The notes beneath the pieces were generated by a model. The model made no database searches. It saw only the letters and a list, made by a program, of their open reading frames with translations, and was not told the origin of the DNA. This document shows positions 51,810 through 58,190 of a stretch of 58,190 bases of DNA, piece by piece. Position 1 is the first letter of the stretch. Each line of letters opens with the position of its first letter. A program made the position numbers and the translations under genes. Origin of the DNA: Octopus bimaculoides (lineage: Eukaryota); NCBI RefSeq assembly GCF_001194135.2, contig NC_068981.1, positions 102,090,941 through 102,149,130 of the forward strand. Reading direction: 5' to 3'.

Positions 51810-52230
51810 GTGTGGCTATGAGGTAAGAAACTCGATTCCCAACCACATAGTTCCAGGTTCAGTCCCACTGCACGGCCCCTTGGGCAAGTGTCTTCTACGA
51901 TAGCCTCAGGTTGACCCAAACTTAGTGAGTGAACTTGGTAGACAGAAACTGAGAGAAGCCCGTCATATATATATATATATATATATTACATATGTATACA
52001 TCTGTGTGCATTGGTCTTTATGTCTGCGTTTGTCCTCCCATCACGACTTGACAGCTGGTGTTGATGTGTTTACATCTCCATAACTTAGCAGTCCAGCAAA
52101 AGAGATCAATAGTATGAGTACTACGACTCAAAAAGTAAGTTCTGGGGGTTGATTTGTTTGAATAAAACCCTTCAAAGCAGTGCACCAGCATGGCACAATC
52201 AAATGATTGGAACAAGTAAAACAATAACAG
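51808..52230 (+). mobile_element. SINE family B, full length
   Basis: Head, microsatellite and tail are all present. Confidence 0.9.
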
Positions 52231-52240
52231 AATATATACA

Positions 52241-52436
52241 CAGGCTGGGCCAAAGGTCACAAACAAAATAAGTTCAATATATTCTAGAATTGTCAAAAAC
52301 ATGCATCATTTCGTCTAAAATTGAATAAAATAATTAAAATAATGATGAATACATATGTACTTCTACTTGAACAAAATGAATAATAATATAAATAAAATAT
52401 CAAATATTTTGCTGCCTGACTTTTGGTCCACCTCTG
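52241..52436. mobile_element. Tc1/mariner-like MITE
   Basis: TIRs caggctgggccaaaggtca / tgacttttggtccacctctg, similar in pattern to 28024-28247. Confidence 0.5.
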
Positions 52437-52710
52437 TGTGTGTGCATGTGNNNNNNNNNNNNNNNNNNNNNNNNNNNNNNNNNNNNNNNNNNNNNNNNNN
52501 NNNNNNNNNNNNNNNNNNNNNNNNNNNNNNNNNNNNNNNNNNNNNNNNNNNNNNNNNNNNNNNNNNNNNNNNNNNNNNNNNNNNNNNNNGAGGATAAAGA
52601 TACCTCTTAAAAGGGATGTTAACACCCAAGCTTTCCTGGTTTAATTTTATATATTTGTGAAATTTTCAGGAGCCCAGTATCACTTGATAATATTGATGCT
52701 TTATTATTAA

Positions 52711-52941
52711 GGCGGCGAGCTGGCAGAAACGTTAGCACGCCGGGCAAAATGCTTAGCGGTATTTCGTCTGTCTTTACGTTCTGAGTTCAAATTCCCCCGA
52801 GGTCAACTTTGCCTTTCATCCTTTTGGGGTCAATAAATTAAGTACCAGTTACGTACTAGGGTCGATGTTATCGACTTAATCCCTTTGTCTGTCCTTGTTT
52901 GTCCCCTCTATGTTTAGTCCCTTGTGGGCAATAAAGAAATA
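52711..52941 (+). mobile_element. SINE family A, long-tail variant, with TSD
   Basis: Full head and tail, with tattgatg(c/t)tttatta on both flanks. Confidence 0.9.
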
Positions 52942-54453
52942 AGTATTGATGTTTTATTACTTTATTATTTAATTAATAGTATTTATTATTTAATTAATAA
53001 TAAGCACAAAGAATTATCAATAACAATATGTTAATAAATTGATATATATCCGTTAAATTCTCCATTTTCCTCTTAATATAAACTATATACATACACACAA
53101 ATACACATACATATATGTAAAATAGGAAAAGGGACTAAAAGAATCAAACAGAGATCACAGTAAGCCTTCTACTGTGTGTTTGTCTACCAAGAAAGACAAT
53201 GGTTGAGACTAGGGTATAAGATTAACATTGCCATCCTTCAAAAAATCCAGGAATCACAATGGAGGATAGTATATGATATTAACAAAACTAGAAAAGTGAA
53301 GAAAGAAATATTTATTCCATTTGTTGACAGCTGTTTCGTAATCTGTATCCAGTCATATCAGTGATTACTAAAACGCCCAACACACATATAAATATACATA
53401 CAGATATTCAATTGCACTGTGATGTAACGAATCAAATTTCTCATCAGAATATTTCATAGGCAGTTAACATTTAGCTCTATATATCTGTAGACTAACATCA
53501 TCATCATCATCGTTTAACGTCTGCTTTCCATGCTAGCATGGGTTGGACGATTTGACTGAGGACTGGCAAGCCAGAAGGCTGCATCAGGCTCCAATCTGAT
53601 CTGGCAGAGTTTCTACAGCTGGATGCCCTTCCTAACGCCAACCACTCCGAGAGTGTAATGGGTGATATTTCATATTTCACTTGTTTCAGGCATAAGACTG
53701 TGGCCATGCTGGAGCACCACCTTCAGTCGATCAAATCGACCCCAGGACTTATTCTTTGTAAGCCTAGTACTTATTCTATTGCTAAGTTACGGGGACGTAA
53801 ACACACCAGCATCGGTTGTCAAACTATGTTGGGGGGACAAACATAGACACACAAACATATACACACACATACATATATAAATATATACATATATACGACA
53901 GGCTTCTTTCAGTTTCCATCTACCAAATCCACTCACAAGGCTTTGATTGACCCGAGGTTATAGTAGAAGACACTTGCCCAAGGTGCCANNNNNNNNNNNN
54001 NNNNNNNNNNNNNNNNNNNNNNNNNNNNNNNNNNNNNNNNNNNNNNNNNNNNNNNNNNNNNNNNNNNNNNNNNNNNNNNNNNNNNNNNNNNNNNNNNNNN
54101 NNNNNNNNNNNNNNNNNNNNNNNNNNNNNNNNNNNNNNNNNNNNNNNNNNNNNNNNNNNNNNNNNNNNNNNNNNNNNNNNNNNNNNNNNNNNNNNNNNNN
54201 NNNNNNNNNNNNNNNNNNNNNNNNNNNNNNNNNNNNNNNNNNNNNNNNNNNNNNNNNNNNNNNNNNNNNNNNNNNNNNNNNNNNNNNNNNNNNNNNNNNN
54301 NNNNNNNNNNNNNNNNNNNNNNNNNNNNNNNNNNNNNNNNNNNNNNNNNNNNNNNNNNNNNNNNNNNNNNNNNNNNNNNNNNNNNNNNNNNNNNNNNNNN
54401 NNNNNNNNNNNNNNNNNNNNNNNNNNNNNNNNNNNNNNGTGGCAAAAGAACAT

Positions 54454-54493
<40 letters not shown>

Positions 54494-55044
54494 TATCCAT
54501 CAGTAGAGTTGTGCATCTTTTACCTGATTAACGGTCTGTTAGACAACTCATGCATGTATATATATGCATATATGTATATTAACTGCTTTGGATCTTCTTG
54601 ATCATGATTATCAACTCTGTAGCCTGTATTTGGCTGCTGGGGTGCTTTATAAGAATACTGACGAACTCATGTTGGTGACATGTAAAAGACACCCAGTATA
54701 CATTAGGCAGGGCATCAAGCAGTAGAAACCAAGTCAAAATAGACTGCAGCCTGTTGCAGTTCTCTGGCTTACAAGTTCCAGTCAACTGTCTAACTCATGT
54801 CAGCTTGGGAAACAGACACTAAATGATGATTATGATGATGATGATTTCTAGTTCATCATCCAGTCAACAGAGTAACTGACACAAAATCTCAACTTCTTTA
54901 ATGATGTTAGGTTGTCTACAACATTAGTCAGTCTGTAACATTAGCTGCACATGTCACATAGTGAAGGCATATAATAAATGAAGATTTATAGCTTTTCCTC
55001 TTCATCGATACATACATATATATATATATACATATATATATATG

Positions 55045-55232
55045 GGAGAATGTATGAAAAAAAACAACAACAGACGAGGACAGGTGGTGTAAACAACAAA
55101 AGGATGTATTAGTATGACGCTCGGGAATACGGAAAGTCTTTAACGTTTCGAGTTACACTCTTCAGCAGAAAGAATACGGAGAAAACAAGGAAAAAAAACA
55201 CGGAGAAAAAAAAGGAATAGTCACCGGTCAAT
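55045..55232 (-). mobile_element. Penelope-like terminal fragment with a hammerhead-like motif
   Basis: Lies next to (TA)n. The minus strand reads CTGCTGA-A-GAG-TGTAA-CTC-GAAAC-G...CGTC. Confidence 0.45.
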
Positions 55233-55259
55233 GATCTATCATGACTACTATATACTCTC

Positions 55260-55736
55260 TTTTACTCTTTTACTTGTTTCAGTCATTTGACTGTGGACAT
55301 GCTGGAGCACTGCCTTTAGTCAAGCAAATCGACCCCAGGACTAATTCTTTGTAAGCCTAGTACTTATTCTATTGGTCTCTTTTGCCGAACTGCTAAGTTA
55401 CGGGTGATGTAAAAATACCAGCATCGGTTGTCAAGTGATGTTGGGGGGACAAACACAGACACACAAACATATACACACATCTACATATATATATATATGT
55501 ACATATATACGACGGGCTTCTTTCAGCTTTGTGGGGACAAACATAGACACACAAACATATGCACATACATACATATGACAGGCTTCTTTCAGTTTCCATC
55601 TACCAAATCCACTCACAAGGCTTTGGTCAGCCCTAGGCTATAGTAGAAGATACTTGCCCAAGGTGCCATGCAGTGGGACTGAACCCGGAAGCATGTGGTT
55701 CGTAAGCAAGTTACTTACCACACAGCCACTCCTACG

Positions 55737-55771
<35 letters not shown>

Positions 55772-55890
55772 CCAGTGTCTACACTCAAGGCTATAGCAGA
55801 GGACACTTGCCCAAGATGCTATGGAGTGGGACTGAACCCGGAACCATGTGGTTGGGAAGCAAGCTTCTTACCACACAACCATGCCTGCAC
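55260..55890 (-). mobile_element. SINE B with an internal ~90 bp tandem duplication and two heads
   Basis: ggggacaaacacagacac...ggcttctttcag occurs twice (55444-55590). Heads are at ~55625-55740 and ~55788-55890. Confidence 0.8.
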
Positions 55891-56558
55891 TTATATGTGT
55901 GTATGTGTGTGTGGAGAGAGAGAGAGAGACAGACAGACAGAGAAAGAAGGAAAGAGAGAGACAGAGAGGGAGAGAGAGAGATAGATAGATAGAAAGGGAG
56001 ATGGAGAAATCAGTGTACAAATATTTATGAAATTTTTAAATGCTTTTCATATCTCCTTATCAGTCATCTAGTCTGGAATAATAATGTTTCAGAGTCGATC
56101 AGAATTTTACAATGTTGTCTTCATCTTCTGACTGCGTATGTACTCTTATATGTGAGTGTATCTGTGTGTGTGTGTATGTGTGTGTACACATACACACATA
56201 TATGCACTCATATATACACACACAGGTACAGTGACAGAAAGCAAGAGAAAGAAATGCCCACCACTCCCTCATGAATGGCCATTTAAAAGAGTGACTCTTT
56301 ACATGTTGCCTCTCTAGACACTCACCCTCTCTTTCTCTGTGTAAATAAAACAATACAGATCATTAGAACTCTGTTAATCATAACATATTTACAGACTGCT
56401 ATGTTAAAAGTTCATCGTTCATTATAATGCATTATCTTACCAAAGAACGTGGCTCCAGCTGGCCATGACAAACACAGTATATGGATTGCAAATAAATGCC
56501 ATAAAGAAAATAAACATTGAATACATGACAAACTTTATACATTCACATGCTTCTCTAC

Positions 56559-56598
<40 letters not shown>

Positions 56599-57033
56599 TG
56601 TGTGTGTATACATACAAAACACACACCTACATACATAAAGAAAGTGAAAAAGAGAGGGAATGAGAGGAAACATATTTATGATACTGCAGACATAAATTCT
56701 GTCTGTCTCCCCCTCTCAATATATGATGGACTCTCCCATGGAGTATTTACCCTTTTGTCTTGTTTGTTTCTGGTGAACAGCCTGCTCAAATGATTTGTTT
56801 ATAGTGATCAAATGTTCATACCACACATTAGCTCACTCTCTCCATCAAATTAACATTGTCTGAACAGGTGTACTGTTTACCATGTGTCAGGTGCCAAAGT
56901 GATCACAGAGCAATGTGAAACGAAGTGTTTTAATCAAGAACACAATGCACCACCCAGTCTAGGAATTGAAACCATGATCTTGTGATCGTGAGTACAACAC
57001 CCTAACCACTAGTCTATGCATACTCACATATGC

Positions 57034-57079
<46 letters not shown>

Positions 57080-57082
<3 letters not shown>

Positions 57083-57170
57083 GTCACAATCCATGTTTCT
57101 CTGCAATGTAACATGGCTGTTTGCCCACAGGCCTCATACAATCTAATTTTCACACTAACTTCTACCACGA
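57080..57170 (-). mobile_element. Short RTE RT fragment
   Basis: KIRLYEACGQTAMLHCRETWIVTA parallels KGRLYDAYV...ETWAVTA at ~44635-44705. Confidence 0.7.
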
Positions 57171-57658
57171 AAGGTAGGAGTTCTCTGAACTTTGCCCAGC
57201 CTATTCCTATTCTTGCAGCTATGCTCTCAGAGTGCCCATTTCCACTGCTGACTTGGTCACCTAGGTAACAGAAGCTATCTATTACTTCTAAGTATCACCC
57301 AGGGCATTTGACAGAGTATATTTTCTGTATATTTCTAGCGTTTATTGTACCTACACATCTACCACACACTAAAATTATTTTCCCTATTAACCTTCCTCTG
57401 GTACTACTGCACGTCTTATGCTTCCATAGCTCACAATATATATCTTATCTTTTACTTGTTTCAGTCATTTGACTGCAGCCAAGCTGGAGCACCACTTTGA
57501 ATTGTTTTCTAGTTGAACAAATCGGCCTCAAAGCTTATTGTTTTAAAGCTTGCTACCTATTCTATTGGTCTTTTTGCTGAACTGCTAAATTATGGAAACA
57601 TAAACACACCAACACTGGTTGACAAGTGGTTGTGGTGGGATGGGGACAAGCACAGATC

Positions 57659-57725
<67 letters not shown>

Positions 57726-58190
57726 CAGGCTTGTTTCAGTTTCCACCTACCAAAATCCACTCACAGTGCGTTAGTTGGCCTGAGGCTATAGTAGAAAACA
57801 CTTGCCCAAGATGCCATGTAGTGGGATTGAACACAAAACCATGTGGTTGGGAATCAAGTTATTTACCACACAGCTACACCTATGTATATATGTATGGTAT
57901 GTATTTGTATGTGTGTGACTATATGTGCATGGACAGAGTGGATGAGTGTGTGTGTTTTGACTCTCCTTGTCTTGACATTGCATGGTAGTTGTAGATGAGT
58001 GTCTCCATCATATATGTGGTATCATTCGTTCCAATCTTCCTTACCAGAAAACAGGTGGGGATTAGCAACAAGAAGGGTATCCAACCATGGAATATCTGTC
58101 CCAACAATTTCCATCCAACCCATGGTAATATGGGAAAGTGGACATTAAAATGATGATGCTATGCTAAATATATATATATATATATATATA

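Overview
This is AT-rich, microsatellite-dense eukaryotic DNA with eight N gaps. The SINE, MITE and LINE families look like those of octopus (inference from recalled repeat sequences, not a search). Much of the window is recognisable repeat: two tRNA-headed SINE families, a decayed RTE LINE (42866-45640) with many dispersed 3' ends, CR1 and R4/Dong fragments, mariner and maT (DD37D) relics, piggyBac-, hAT- and Tc1-like MITEs, a Helitron, and two unrelated ~855 bp foldback elements with ~300 bp inverted arms. None of the supplied long ORFs is a credible host gene. Manual splice-site reading suggests a minus-strand gene: a CpG-retaining TATA/Inr region at ~40.4 kb plus four in-phase exons. It would encode a 110-aa precursor with a signal peptide, an RR site and a two-cysteine C-terminal peptide. 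A weaker plus-strand, coiled-coil-like exon cluster lies at 17.5-18.2 kb. Both gene models are unverified. Coordinates were read by eye, and the boundaries of degenerate repeats are approximate.
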